Below, in pieces: positions 36,187 through 45,495 of a stretch of 64,000 bases of DNA; the first letter of the stretch is position 1; each line of letters starts with the position of its first letter. The position numbers and the translations under genes are program-made. Under the pieces are notes generated by a model, which was not told where the DNA came from, made no database searches, and saw nothing but the letters and a program-made list of their open reading frames with translations. The stretch is from Candidatus Omnitrophota bacterium (GTDB taxonomy: Bacteria > Omnitrophota > Gorgyraeia > Gygaellales > Profunditerraquicolaceae), in assembly GCA_016208765.1 (NCBI GenBank), contig JACQXK010000038.1, positions 14,955-78,954 on the forward strand. Reading direction: 5' to 3'.

Positions 36187-37074
36187 TTAGAACGCCCCCT
36201 TGGGAATTAATTCCCCCTCGGTAAATTTAATAATGATCGGCCCGGCAACCACAATCATAACCGCCGGCAAAATACAAAAAATCAAAGGAAAAAGTATTTT
36301 TAGGGATGCCTTGATTGCGTATCTTTCACCAGCCTCAAAACGCATAGTGCGCGTATCTTCAGAAAGGTTCTTAAATGTTTCCTCAATGGGAGTACCCATT
36401 CTTTCAGACTGCACTACCGAGCGCACAAAACTATTTACCTCGGGGATATTTAATCTTCTTGCCATATCCTTTAATGCCTCAGCGCGGGTTTTACCCACCT
36501 GGACCTCGCTTAACACCACGCCAAGCTGTTCAATAAAGGGATTATATTTACTTTTCTCAACCACCCATTTTATAGCCGAGAGAAAATCAGCTCCGGCGCT
36601 CACACACATATCCAAAAGGTCAATCGTCTCCGGGAAAATACGCACAATATCCTGTTTTTTCTTTTTGAATTTATTAAGCATGATCGCATCCGGCACAAAA
36701 AAACCAAAGAAAACCCCCAATAAGCCGTACAACACAGAAATAAACGTAGTGGCAATAACACCGCAAAGGATCGCTAATGCCAATTTAAAAAAAACTAATG
36801 CATACACGTTCATATCAATACGCAAAACCTCAGACTGCTGTTTTAATTTTTTAATGTACTGCAGATGAGAAAGCGGCTCAATAATAAAGTTAAGCGGCTT
36901 TAAGAAATTATCAAGCGAACCAGCCATGCTAAACGGCTTCTTCATGGCAGCTGCCATAGAATTCGGCTCGGTAATAAAATATGTGCGGCGCCTGCCCATA
37001 CCGGAAACAATGGATATAAGCAGGTAAAAAACTATAGCCAAAACCATAAAAATCACCACTAAATATATTGTCAT
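36187..37074 (-). CDS. tadC: Tad pilus inner-membrane platform protein TadC (GspF/T2SSF family)
   Basis: 295 aa, polytopic, T2SSF-like. Adjacent to tadB. Confidence 0.75.
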   Translation of the reverse strand: MTIYLVVIFMVLAIVFYLLISIVSGMGRRRTYFITEPNSMAAAMKKPFSMAGSLDNFLKPLNFIIEPLSHLQYIKKLKQQSEVLRIDMNVYALVFFKLALAILCGVIATTFISVLYGLLGVFFGFFVPDAIMLNKFKKKKQDIVRIFPETIDLLDMCVSAGADFLSAIKWVVEKSKYNPFIEQLGVVLSEVQVGKTRAEALKDMARRLNIPEVNSFVRSVVQSERMGTPIEETFKNLSEDTRTMRFEAGERYAIKASLKILFPLIFCILPAVMIVVAGPIIIKFTEGELIPKGAF

Positions 37075-37135
37075 ATCCTTCTTTCTATTGATCCTTAAGT
37101 CGGCCGAAGGCCTCCTTCAGATGACGGTAGCGCAA

Positions 37136-37993
37136 CTACATCTTAATCGTACTGATCTTTTTAATTAAGAACATTCCCACTATCTGCAGCCCAACCGCAG
37201 TCATCAAAAGTTTTTTCCCGGTTACAGTAGAAAGCATCACGTCAAAATGCTCAGGATTCTGCCGGTAAATAATGTAAGTAAAGACAAATGGCAAGAACAT
37301 CATGATTATACCCTGAAGCTTTCCCTGCAGCGTAAGGGTAGCGATTTTTTCCTTTAATTTAATATTGCTGCGGATAGTATCCACCAAGCGCGCTAAAACA
37401 TGAGGCAATTCTCCTCCTGATTCGCGAGCGATCAAAATTGAGGTTACCAGAAGATTGACTTCGTCTATCGGGACCCTCTCCCTGAGATTTTTTAAAGATT
37501 CCTCAAGGCTGACGCCGAGGCGGTTTTCTTTAAGGATCAGGTTAAATTCCTGCGAAACAGGCGCGGGCATTTCTTCGCACAATACTTCAATTGCCTGCAC
37601 AAAGCTTAATCCTGCGCGGATAGACGAGGAAAGTATGCGCAGGGTATCAATGAGTTGGCCGCGGAATTTCTTCAGTCGCTGTGCGCGGGCGATCCTTAAA
37701 ATTACCTGCGGAGCAATCAACCCTGCGACAAACCCTGCGGAAAGCACAATGGGGTTCCTGGCAATCAAAACAAAGGCAGCCCCGGCAAAAACCAAAGGCA
37801 GGAAAGAAATCAGGAAAATCTTGCGCTTCTCCCAAAAAAGAAATGATTCTTCAAGCTGGGCGGAGAATTGCTGGGTCCTGCGCTCATGCATTTTTTGGTA
37901 AAAGTCAAGCAGCATCGGGACGATGCTTTCAGATATAATATATGTGATGATAAAAACAGCGAAGAAAATAAACAGAAAAAGAAAAATTTCCAT
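37136..37993 (-). CDS. tadB: Tad pilus inner-membrane platform protein TadB (GspF/T2SSF family)
   Basis: 285 aa, T2SSF-like. Operon context with flp and tadC. Confidence 0.75.
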   Translation of the reverse strand: MEIFLFLFIFFAVFIITYIISESIVPMLLDFYQKMHERRTQQFSAQLEESFLFWEKRKIFLISFLPLVFAGAAFVLIARNPIVLSAGFVAGLIAPQVILRIARAQRLKKFRGQLIDTLRILSSSIRAGLSFVQAIEVLCEEMPAPVSQEFNLILKENRLGVSLEESLKNLRERVPIDEVNLLVTSILIARESGGELPHVLARLVDTIRSNIKLKEKIATLTLQGKLQGIIMMFLPFVFTYIIYRQNPEHFDVMLSTVTGKKLLMTAVGLQIVGMFLIKKISTIKM

Positions 37994-38002
37994 AACTATA
38001 GT

Positions 38003-38203
38003 TTATTCGTTTCCGACCTGCGAGTCAACTGTTGTTTTTTCCGGCTCATAAACTTCTCCCTGCCCGAAGGTATCGGCAGTATCGCGGATCTTTGAGGTAA
38101 GGGCGTTCTTGATATATTGCCCCATAATGATAATTGCCGCGATAATTACCGCGAAGACAACGGCAAACTCAATAATGGACTGGGCTTTATTTTTCCTGGA
38201 CAT
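38003..38203 (-). CDS. flp: Flp-family type IVb pilin (flp7), about 66 aa
   Basis: ATG at 38203 preceded by AGGTG. MSRKNKAQSIIEFAVVFAVIIAAIII carries the Flp motif (G/A)QS(I/V)(I/V)E(Y/F) plus a hydrophobic helix. The track ORF is extended N-terminally. Confidence 0.75.
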   Translation of the reverse strand: MSRKNKAQSIIEFAVVFAVIIAAIIIMGQYIKNALTSKIRDTADTFGQGEVYEPEKTTVDSQVGNE

Positions 38204-39029
38204 AAGACACCTGCACAAAAGAACCCTGGCCTTCCTGGCCATAGTTGTTATTAAACACAGAAACTTCCGCCTTACCGGAAGAAGATTTAAATTTTAATAT
38301 ATATCCTCCTTCTACCAATTGAGGAATTGTTATCCCGCTTAACGGCAGTTGCGGGGCATTCTTCATCGCAGGCAGCCTTTCTGCTTCACGATATGCTTCC
38401 TGCATATCTATAGGCTCTTCAGCTTCCCAACCCAAGGCCAGCATTTTATGCCGGTAAAAGTTCATCAAATCCTTGCTGGATTCTTTACTGGAATAAAATA
38501 TAAAGGTAAGCTGGTTGTTCTTATTGTAAAGAACCCTTATGCTTTCCGGAGGGCGGGGTATAAAATCAAGGTCCTCTCCGGCAACGTCTTCTTTGGGCAA
38601 ATACCCCTGCGCATTTTTCCAGTTGCGCAGCAATTCTTCCGGGCCGGGGGCGTTTTGCGGCTGGAGGTATTGCGCGATTACCACCTGATTTTTACCCTGC
38701 TTTGGGGTAATCACAATATTTACCACTAAATCTTCTTTTCTAAAACGCAGTAACCTGCCGATTTTTCCCGCCCTATCCTGCACAGGTTCAAATTTACTTT
38801 TCTTAAAATAATCTTCATAAAATTTATTAATGGTTTCTTCTTCAGCCTGCGACTCAAACAAGAATGACATGATTTTCATTCCCTCAAGCTGTGTTTGATG
38901 CGTATCCAACATAACACTTTGAGGAGGAACAGGAACAGACAGCTCATCCTGAGAAAAAACAGGGTCTGTAGCTGTAAATAATAAAAATAAACACACAGCT
39001 AAAAATCTAAAGACAGTTTTAATACGCAT
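38187..39029 (-). CDS. Secreted protein of unknown function (signal peptide MRIKTVFRFLAVCLFLLFTATDPVFSQ)
   Basis: ORF track entry. Lies in Tad locus context. Confidence 0.6.
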   Translation of the reverse strand: MRIKTVFRFLAVCLFLLFTATDPVFSQDELSVPVPPQSVMLDTHQTQLEGMKIMSFLFESQAEEETINKFYEDYFKKSKFEPVQDRAGKIGRLLRFRKEDLVVNIVITPKQGKNQVVIAQYLQPQNAPGPEELLRNWKNAQGYLPKEDVAGEDLDFIPRPPESIRVLYNKNNQLTFIFYSSKESSKDLMNFYRHKMLALGWEAEEPIDMQEAYREAERLPAMKNAPQLPLSGITIPQLVEGGYILKFKSSSGKAEVSVFNNNYGQEGQGSFVQVSYVQEK

Positions 39030-40293
39030 GTGTCAATTTAGTCTCAAACAGGTGGCGCTCCGTATCAAAGAAGCTCCAGTCACTGCCCTTGCAGCCGAAA
39101 ATATTAGTGATCAACTGCCCGGGATTGAACTGCGGCCTGATTGTTTCTTCATCATCTAAATCCGTATGCTCCCTGAAGGCAACGCCAACCCCCGAAGCTG
39201 AAACTTCTCCGTACCTTAATTTCCAAACTCCCAGGTCTTTTGGCTTTTTGTAACGAGTAACCTTGACCACCAGCGGATTATCATCTGTCTGCGCTTTGGT
39301 GCGGTCTTTTAACTCCAGCCCGGCAAAGTCTATACCGGTAGGCATAAACTCTGTCATACCCTTTACAATTGCCTTAGTAGTCTCAATAATAAATCCAAAC
39401 CCAAGCCATTCTAAATACCAGGGAATACTTAAATTTCCTGTTATGAAATTTAAAAGGCAATTCAAGATTTCTGCTATCCAACTATAGAAATTAATCGCAT
39501 AAGTACCGGCGCCTGTAACCTGCACTTCTATCCAATTTTCATAATTCTTATAACTGTCTCCATTACTATAACTATTTCCTCCTCCTGATGACTTATCATT
39601 CCATCCATAACCGGAATTAACCTCAGCCTCGCTATAATCACCCGGCTCTACCTTGCCAAAGCTATCGCGCCAATAACCATTATGTATATCTTGCATAAAA
39701 TTAGAAAACCCGCTTCTGGCATACCTGACTGCGCTTCCTGTTTCACCTTTCATATATTCATCATAATATATGCGCAATTGATCGTTAGTCAACTTTTCAG
39801 GCGTTGTTTTGTACGCGTTGGATAAAAAGCTTTCAAAAGTAGGCTGAGGCTCTTCAACACTAATATTATTAAATGCGTATTGAACTGCGGTTTTCTTGGC
39901 ATTAGTCCAGCCCATATTTGAATCACCCATCGCATGTAACAATTCAATGAACATGTTAATAAAAAACGCTACGGCCAATATAATTACTATTACCCATCCT
40001 AAAACAGGTATGCATGCGGAAATAATTATTGGGATAATTACCTCTGTTGCCCTACCGGACATCATGTCGCTTTTTAAGCCAAGCCCAAGGAGCGTACTGC
40101 TTAACACGCTCGCGCCTGAAAGCGCACCCGCATCAGCGGCATTTGATACCTCAGTCTTAAATATGCCTAACTGCCCCAGATTAAGCGTGATCATTGCCAT
40201 TACCAAAAACACCGCGATGACGGCCACAAGAAAAGGAAACACCTGCCCCTTTTCATAATGGTTTTTATTCTGGGAGAATTCCTTAAATATCAT
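39019..40293 (-). CDS. tadG: TadG-like Tad pilus assembly / minor pilin protein
   Basis: N-terminus ...GQVFPFLVAVIAVFLVMAMITLNLGQLGIFKTEVSNAADAGALSGASVL resembles the TadE/G N-terminal helix plus the NAADAAALAGA motif. Confidence 0.55.
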   Translation of the reverse strand: MIFKEFSQNKNHYEKGQVFPFLVAVIAVFLVMAMITLNLGQLGIFKTEVSNAADAGALSGASVLSSTLLGLGLKSDMMSGRATEVIIPIIISACIPVLGWVIVIILAVAFFINMFIELLHAMGDSNMGWTNAKKTAVQYAFNNISVEEPQPTFESFLSNAYKTTPEKLTNDQLRIYYDEYMKGETGSAVRYARSGFSNFMQDIHNGYWRDSFGKVEPGDYSEAEVNSGYGWNDKSSGGGNSYSNGDSYKNYENWIEVQVTGAGTYAINFYSWIAEILNCLLNFITGNLSIPWYLEWLGFGFIIETTKAIVKGMTEFMPTGIDFAGLELKDRTKAQTDDNPLVVKVTRYKKPKDLGVWKLRYGEVSASGVGVAFREHTDLDDEETIRPQFNPGQLITNIFGCKGSDWSFFDTERHLFETKLTHAY

Positions 40294-40329
40294 TTCAAGA
40301 CCTCTTCTTAGGCACTTAACCTATAGCGC

Positions 40330-42084
40330 TTATTGAGCAATAGGAGTTAAAGCCTGAATACACGCTGCGCGCTCAGCCTGTGTCGGCTTCAGGCAACATT
40401 TTCTATATTCTTCTTTTTGGTTAACAACTTTCTTGCCGGCCTCTTCAATTATATTTGCGCTTCTATACGACAAAAGGTATCCTAACATATAGTCTGCACC
40501 GACGAAAAATGGGTCTCCGGGGGGACAGGGTTGATACAGCCATTGCCAATCGCACCATTGATGGCATTGTGCTTCTGAATTAAATATGGGAGATGCGCCA
40601 AGAGCGGCGAAACACCACCGAAAACCAAACCAAGGATCTTCTATCCAGATTTTGCACCATTGATACCTGCCCCCGCCAACTTCTTTACAATTTTGTTTCG
40701 GATGATTTGCCCTCCACGGGATTGCGCATTGCGCTTCGGTAAAATTCTCATCTTGCCTGCCATCATTACAAAAGTCACAGGCCATGCCGCTGTTTTCTGC
40801 TGCGCAATTCAGGCATTTAGCCCTGTTTCCCGCGGCGAGCGCCCCGCATCTTTGACAGGAAACAATGTAAGCATTACAAGCTGCTGCATTACATCCGGCT
40901 TCAAATCCGGAAAAACAAGTTTTACAAGATACGGGGCTATTTGCACAAGTTTTACAATCATTATTCAACTGAACCTTGTTACAGTTTAAATCACTGCCGC
41001 AGTAAGTTGAAATCGCCCCGTCAAACGCAGCTGAAGATTGGGCGCCGCAAACACATTGGCCAAAGCACCCGCAATTAACGTTAAAAGTATTAACAGTTAA
41101 ACCGCATCCTTCTTTGCCCAAACAAGATTGTTTACAATCTTCACCGGGCTCAAAAGGAGTAATGCTATAAATCCTTTTATTTATGGAATCCTCGCATGCC
41201 TGTCGCAGCCCCTGATCAACAATGTGTGAGCACATACATTGGGCCTGTTCTTCAACCGACCGATAGCTGCTGCAACGGCACTCAAGCTGCTTCTGCGGGT
41301 TATCCTCTTTCACATTACAAAAACATCTTTGCTGATCCGCAAAAGTTGCCTGGCTGCAACAACCGACCATGCCGTCTCTTTTCTGTTTAAGTTTGGCGCC
41401 TTCAGTTTCAAACTTAGAGGCCAGATCCCAAAGCTTGTGTGCTGCCTTTTTCAATTCACTGGCGGTTTTACCCCAATTACCCCACCAACAGATTTCCCAC
41501 GGGTCATCGCATTGGCTTGCCTTATCCCACATACTATTGGCGTTTCGCCAAAAATTACAGGCCATCCCGTCTCCGCAGCGATTTCCCCCGATTTTTCCGC
41601 AATCCTCATTCTGCCCGCAATATTGTTTCACCTGATTAGTCAGGGCATTTACCATCGGCTGAACCCTTGACAGACAGATACAACGGGTATAACAAGGACA
41701 CTCCTTATTAAATTTTCCATCTTTATCAAAACAGGCTTGATCATTATTACATTGCTCAAGGCACTCTGAGGGGCTGAACCCGCCGCCCTCAAATAAACCT
41801 TTACTCCAGGCATCAACCTGTTGCCCGGGTTCTCCCTTAAAGACCCACTCCTCGGTTAATTCCAAAGGCCTAAAAGGCACAACACTAACAAGATCTGTTT
41901 TTTGTTCCTGAACGGCAGGTGTCCCTGCCTGAAGGCGGGTTTTTTGATAGATGACATCGCGCGCGGCATAATTGGCATTAAACCAAACCATGACCCTCGC
42001 TATGCCGATTACCAAAATAAGAATGCCGACAAAAGTAAAAACAAAATCCAGTATTGACTGGGATTTCTTTTTATTCATTGGCAT
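40330..42084 (-). CDS. Cysteine-rich (about 75 Cys) pseudopilin-like protein with a Flp/TadE-type N-terminus; candidate pilus tip adhesin
   Basis: N-terminus MPMNKKKSQSILDFVFTFVGILILVIGIARVMVW (pilin-like KSQSILDF + TM), followed by about 520 aa with dense C-x-x-C / C-x(3-6)-C spacing. Confidence 0.6.
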   Translation of the reverse strand: MPMNKKKSQSILDFVFTFVGILILVIGIARVMVWFNANYAARDVIYQKTRLQAGTPAVQEQKTDLVSVVPFRPLELTEEWVFKGEPGQQVDAWSKGLFEGGGFSPSECLEQCNNDQACFDKDGKFNKECPCYTRCICLSRVQPMVNALTNQVKQYCGQNEDCGKIGGNRCGDGMACNFWRNANSMWDKASQCDDPWEICWWGNWGKTASELKKAAHKLWDLASKFETEGAKLKQKRDGMVGCCSQATFADQQRCFCNVKEDNPQKQLECRCSSYRSVEEQAQCMCSHIVDQGLRQACEDSINKRIYSITPFEPGEDCKQSCLGKEGCGLTVNTFNVNCGCFGQCVCGAQSSAAFDGAISTYCGSDLNCNKVQLNNDCKTCANSPVSCKTCFSGFEAGCNAAACNAYIVSCQRCGALAAGNRAKCLNCAAENSGMACDFCNDGRQDENFTEAQCAIPWRANHPKQNCKEVGGGRYQWCKIWIEDPWFGFRWCFAALGASPIFNSEAQCHQWCDWQWLYQPCPPGDPFFVGADYMLGYLLSYRSANIIEEAGKKVVNQKEEYRKCCLKPTQAERAACIQALTPIAQ

Positions 42085-42110
42085 GAAAACATTATGAACA
42101 TGAAGTTGTT

Positions 42111-42176
42111 GTCATGCCCGCGGACGCGGGCATCCAGACGTTCCAATGGCTGGATTCCCGCATTCGCGGGAATGAC
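42111..42176. repeat. Palindromic intergenic repeat copy D (between the tadE-like gene and the Cys-rich pseudopilin gene)
   Basis: gtcatgcccgcggacgcgggcatccagacgttccaatggctggattcccgcattcgcgggaatgac. Confidence 0.85.
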
Positions 42177-42183
42177 GGTTAAG

Positions 42184-43008
42184 TTATTCCAAAGATGTTT
42201 CCCAAGTCTTCTGCCTGACAATTTTATTATCTACTTTGTCTTTGCTGTATTCCGCGGTAGTGCGGACCAAACGCCCGGTATCCGGGTCTCTCTCTTCTTT
42301 GCTGGATACGCCAAAACTATAAGCTGCAGGCTGAGCATTATATTCATACTCAGGAAGCTTTCCTTGCTCCCATGGTTGCTTATCATCCCACGGCTCTTCA
42401 TCTACAGCCTTATCAAAACGGGTATAAATCTTAGTTTCAATATTACTTGTCAGCTCGGATTTTTTACTGGTTCTAATCCCGTTACCAGCAGGAAGATTTT
42501 CCTCCCGCTTGGCATACGAATCATATTTCTCAACAACGCGTCTTTCTTCCTTCCAAATACTCTCCGGAGCTGTAATCTCGCGTTTGCTGCCGTCAAATCC
42601 TACAACTTCTTTCTTCTTACGGGCAAGGCCGGTATCAGCATTACCGAGCGGCTGGCCGTTGATTTCATAAAACGCGTAGGAAGCATCATTGTCAACACCC
42701 TGCGGCCCCGGCATTCCCTTTTGCCACATCAGGCTTGCTGATGCTCCTATTGTTGAAGGCTGCCCCTGGCCAAAACCACCTAAAAGATTAAAAAAACGTG
42801 CGTCCTTTTTTATTGTATATGAAACCGTGCCGTTTTTTTCGTAGGCTTTTTGCATTGCTATGCGAAAGGCGTCCATTTTAAGCTTCTGCTGCATTTCAAG
42901 CCTCTGGCCGAAACTTAATAAAAGCGAAGCGCCTAACAGCATCATGCTGCTAAGCACCGCTAATTCCACTACTGACTGTGCCTTCGCATTGCGAGAATAT
43001 ATTTTCAT
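42184..43008 (-). CDS. tadE: TadE-like pseudopilin
   Basis: MKIYSRNAKAQSVVELAVLSSMMLLGASLLLSF has the prepilin-like motif plus a hydrophobic helix. Confidence 0.6.
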   Translation of the reverse strand: MKIYSRNAKAQSVVELAVLSSMMLLGASLLLSFGQRLEMQQKLKMDAFRIAMQKAYEKNGTVSYTIKKDARFFNLLGGFGQGQPSTIGASASLMWQKGMPGPQGVDNDASYAFYEINGQPLGNADTGLARKKKEVVGFDGSKREITAPESIWKEERRVVEKYDSYAKREENLPAGNGIRTSKKSELTSNIETKIYTRFDKAVDEEPWDDKQPWEQGKLPEYEYNAQPAAYSFGVSSKEERDPDTGRLVRTTAEYSKDKVDNKIVRQKTWETSLE

Positions 43009-43050
43009 TTTAATTTATATCTCTTGCCGGGTCAACTATTATTTAAATAC

Positions 43051-43551
43051 TTACCCTCCTAATTTGTCATTAACATCGCTGCTTAAATTATTGCGCAGAG
43101 CGTCTACCTCATCCCCAAGATCTTTCTTCGCAGGAAGAGCGTGATTATCTACAGAATATGCTCTGAGCGCTGAACGAAAATCTTCTCCAACAGCAACGCT
43201 CAGGCTATGCTCAGTGTTTCCGACTGAGGAAGAAAAGCTGATATTCCGAGGAGAAGATGTCTCGGTTAATTGCGTATCCTGCTTATTCTGGCTCACAGAT
43301 TTAGTTACCACAGAATCATCGCCTTTATACTGCTGAGTGTCCTGCCCCCACCTGCCCCAGAAACAATAATCCGCGCTTGCTGCGACTTTTGCGCGCAGAG
43401 AGCGGGAAACTATCTTCTGGGTAAAAAGCCAACCCATTGACAATACCGCCAAAACCGCTACCCACATACTAAGGCTTTGGCCGCAACGGCTGTTAAATAA
43501 CTTATTTTTCGTCAGCAAAGGCATCCACCCCCTCTGTCTTACTAAAAGCAT
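43051..43551 (-). CDS. Minor pilin-like protein (weak prepilin motif RCGQSLSMWVAVLAVL); start uncertain (43551 or 43524)
   Basis: ORF track entry. Overlaps the 3' end of flp6 in another frame. Confidence 0.4.
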   Translation of the reverse strand: MLLVRQRGWMPLLTKNKLFNSRCGQSLSMWVAVLAVLSMGWLFTQKIVSRSLRAKVAASADYCFWGRWGQDTQQYKGDDSVVTKSVSQNKQDTQLTETSSPRNISFSSSVGNTEHSLSVAVGEDFRSALRAYSVDNHALPAKKDLGDEVDALRNNLSSDVNDKLGG

Positions 43552-43834
43552 TGGTGGTTTGGCTCTGAGTTACAGTCATCCCAAGAGGAATATTATCGCT
43601 CTCAACACCGGTCCTGGAATCAGAATAGGTAGAGGTTTTTGTAATTGTGGTAGAGGCAGTATGCCCGGGGGAATATTGCATCCCGACTTCATCTACCTCT
43701 CTTTTGATCCTGCCCTCATAACACCTCTTTACATAAAACTGCATGATCATCAGTGCGCTGAGGATCAGGCAGAACAATACCGTATATTCTACAATGCTCT
43801 GCCCGATCTTAGACTTTTTCAATGCGCGAAACAT
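43502..43834 (-). CDS. flp: Flp-family pilin with C-terminal extension (flp6, 110 aa)
   Basis: MFRALKKSKIGQSIVEYTVLFCLILSALMI. RBS TCAGGAGGC. Confidence 0.8.
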   Translation of the reverse strand: MFRALKKSKIGQSIVEYTVLFCLILSALMIMQFYVKRCYEGRIKREVDEVGMQYSPGHTASTTITKTSTYSDSRTGVESDNIPLGMTVTQSQTTNAFSKTEGVDAFADEK

Positions 43835-43860
43835 AACTCAGCCTCCTGATAAAAACGATA

Positions 43861-44298
43861 TTACTTGGCGTATTCGCCCGATAAATCTTCTGCGTTTTCC
43901 GCAGTATATTCAGACCAACGAGTCTTTTCCTGGTTAGCTGAATCAGTTGAAGACTTCGTAGCCATTGTCATTTCTCCGCCTGTCCTCTGATTAACAGAAT
44001 AAGTATCCTTCTCCAAAGTATTGACTGACGCATCTATTCCTTCGGGAAGAAAATCTCCGATCGCACCAGTTGTAGCAGAAGCATCAACTATTTCCTGAGG
44101 GCTATTCATTGTCCTTTTATTAAGGACAGTGGTCCCTCCTGCAGAAAACTGCTCGCCCATTTTATCCGCAGATTCCTTAAGGTTACCCTGGAACCCTCTT
44201 TTTACAAACACCTGCATGATCAAAACTGCAGCCACGACCACACCCAACAAAACTGCATATTCAAGTATTGACTGACCTCTATTACGTTTATTAAACAT
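43861..44298 (-). CDS. flp: Flp-family pilin with C-terminal extension (flp5, about 145 aa)
   Basis: MFNKRNRGQSILEYAVLLGVVVAAVLIM. GGGAGGTG lies upstream of the ATG at 44298. Confidence 0.8.
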   Translation of the reverse strand: MFNKRNRGQSILEYAVLLGVVVAAVLIMQVFVKRGFQGNLKESADKMGEQFSAGGTTVLNKRTMNSPQEIVDASATTGAIGDFLPEGIDASVNTLEKDTYSVNQRTGGEMTMATKSSTDSANQEKTRWSEYTAENAEDLSGEYAK

Positions 44299-44326
44299 CT
44301 TACCAATCACCTCCCTTTAAATAAAG

Positions 44327-44704
44327 TTATTCTGCCGCATCCAGAGTTTCAATGCTGACTGCGCTGGTTGTAGTAGTCTGGCTCTGTTCACGATCTTCCT
44401 TGCCGCCTTTATGCAGAATGCTCTTGTCTACAAAAGTCTTATCATCAACGGTTGTTTTACGCAAATCCTGGGTATACAAAGATTGATCGCTACCTGAAGT
44501 GCTGTAGCTGGACAAATCAAAATCTGAATCGTTCGCCTTATCTTCTTTTCCCCCGGCTTGCTGCAAGAAATTCAATGACTGCGTGCTCTTATCGCGTATG
44601 CCGCCTTTTAAGGCCACAGACAAAAATCCTGCCGCAACTGCCACCACCAATCCTAATGTAATCGCGTATTCTGCTGTTGATTGCGCTCTTTTACTTAAAA
44701 ACAT
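44327..44704 (-). CDS. flp: Flp-family pilin (flp4, 125 aa)
   Basis: MFLSKRAQSTAEYAITLGLVVAVAAGFL. RBS GAGGAGGTGAGC. Confidence 0.8.
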   Translation of the reverse strand: MFLSKRAQSTAEYAITLGLVVAVAAGFLSVALKGGIRDKSTQSLNFLQQAGGKEDKANDSDFDLSSYSTSGSDQSLYTQDLRKTTVDDKTFVDKSILHKGGKEDREQSQTTTTSAVSIETLDAAE

Positions 44705-44727
44705 TTTTGCTCACCTCCTCTTAAATT

Positions 44728-44916
44728 TTATTCTTTAAATATACCTGTTGTTAAATCATTGGTCGTGTTTTGAATGGCATCTCCCGCCTTATCATATGCG
44801 CCCTTTATTTTCGTTTTAACTCCTCCGAACAACGCCACAACAATTACAGTGATCACCGCGCCCAATAACAGAGTGTATTCCAAGATGCTCTGGCCTTTCT
44901 TAAAATCACGTCTCAT
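44728..44916 (-). CDS. flp: Flp-family pilin (flp3, about 62 aa)
   Basis: ATG at 44916 preceded by GAAGGAGGTGA. MRRDFKKGQSILEYTLLLGAVITVIVVALF. Confidence 0.8.
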   Translation of the reverse strand: MRRDFKKGQSILEYTLLLGAVITVIVVALFGGVKTKIKGAYDKAGDAIQNTTNDLTTGIFKE

Positions 44917-44975
44917 TTTCTCACCTCCTTCACAATAAGTGAACACTTGCCTATCCAATAAGGCAAGGTGCCTTT

Positions 44976-45119
44976 TTATTTTAATTCGTCCTGAATCTGT
45001 TTAATTCTTGCGTTCATTGAACGATATACATAACGCTGCGTAATTAACAGTGCCCCGGCCACTACGGTAAACAATAAAACAAACTCAATAATACTTTGTG
45101 CTCTTTTATTCCTAATCAA
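44976..45119 (-). CDS. flp: Flp-family pilin missing from the ORF track (flp2, 47 aa, TTG start)
   Basis: Hand translation: (M)IRNKRAQSIIEFVLLFTVVAGALLITQRYVYRSMNARIKQIQDELK*. GGGGGTG lies 5 nt upstream of the TTG. An upstream in-frame TAG rules out a longer ORF. Confidence 0.6.
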   Translation of the reverse strand: MIRNKRAQSIIEFVLLFTVVAGALLITQRYVYRSMNARIKQIQDELK

Positions 45120-45291
45120 CTTGCACCCCCATAAATGCTGCTATGGTCTGAAAATGATTCTCAAACACATTATTCTTTGTTTTTAGAAGAAAATCAGTGC
45201 TTACTAAGGCAATCACAGCTACTGCTGCCAAAAGCAGATATTCTACGAAAGATTGTCCAATCTGGTTTCTTAAAGACTTTTTAAATTTCAT
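45112..45291 (-). CDS. flp: Flp-family pilin (flp1, about 59 aa), first gene of the pilin array, under promoter/leader L3
   Basis: ATG at 45291 preceded by AAGGAG. MKFKKSLRNQIGQSFVEYLLLAAVAVIALV. The track ORF 45112..45444 reads through the leader. Confidence 0.75.
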   Translation of the reverse strand: MKFKKSLRNQIGQSFVEYLLLAAVAVIALVSTDFLLKTKNNVFENHFQTIAAFMGVQVD

Positions 45292-45302
45292 TAGTATCTC
45301 CT

Positions 45303-45489
45303 TAAATAAAAAACCGACGTCTCTTTTACTTTCAAAGAAACCTCGGCTTTCGGTAACCCGGCTAATGCTCTCGCTCTTGACCTTAAAGCTTAAAGCAATG
45401 AAGACAAATCTTGCGAGCGTCATCCCGTGGCTTTGCGCATCCACCCCTCCAAGAGTGGAATTGCCTTTTCGTTGCCGCCCTTCAACTAC
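45303..45489 (-). promoter_or_regulatory. Leader L3 upstream of the flp array, sharing the 3' half of the L1/L2 leader
   Basis: Sense strand: ...GCGCAAAGCCACGGG...GCCGGGTTACCGAAAGCCGAGG...GACGTCGGTTTTTTATTTAAGGAGatactaATG. aaataaaaaaccg matches L1 exactly over 13 nt. Confidence 0.45.
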
Positions 45490-45495
45490 ATCATA

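Noticed and set aside
45254-45265. Extra TTGGACA-motif match (cagattggacaatc) inside flp1
   Set aside because: It coincides exactly with the codons for the conserved pilin residues QIGQS. It is most likely a coding coincidence, not an operator, though the intergenic motif copies could have derived from such pilin 5' fragments.
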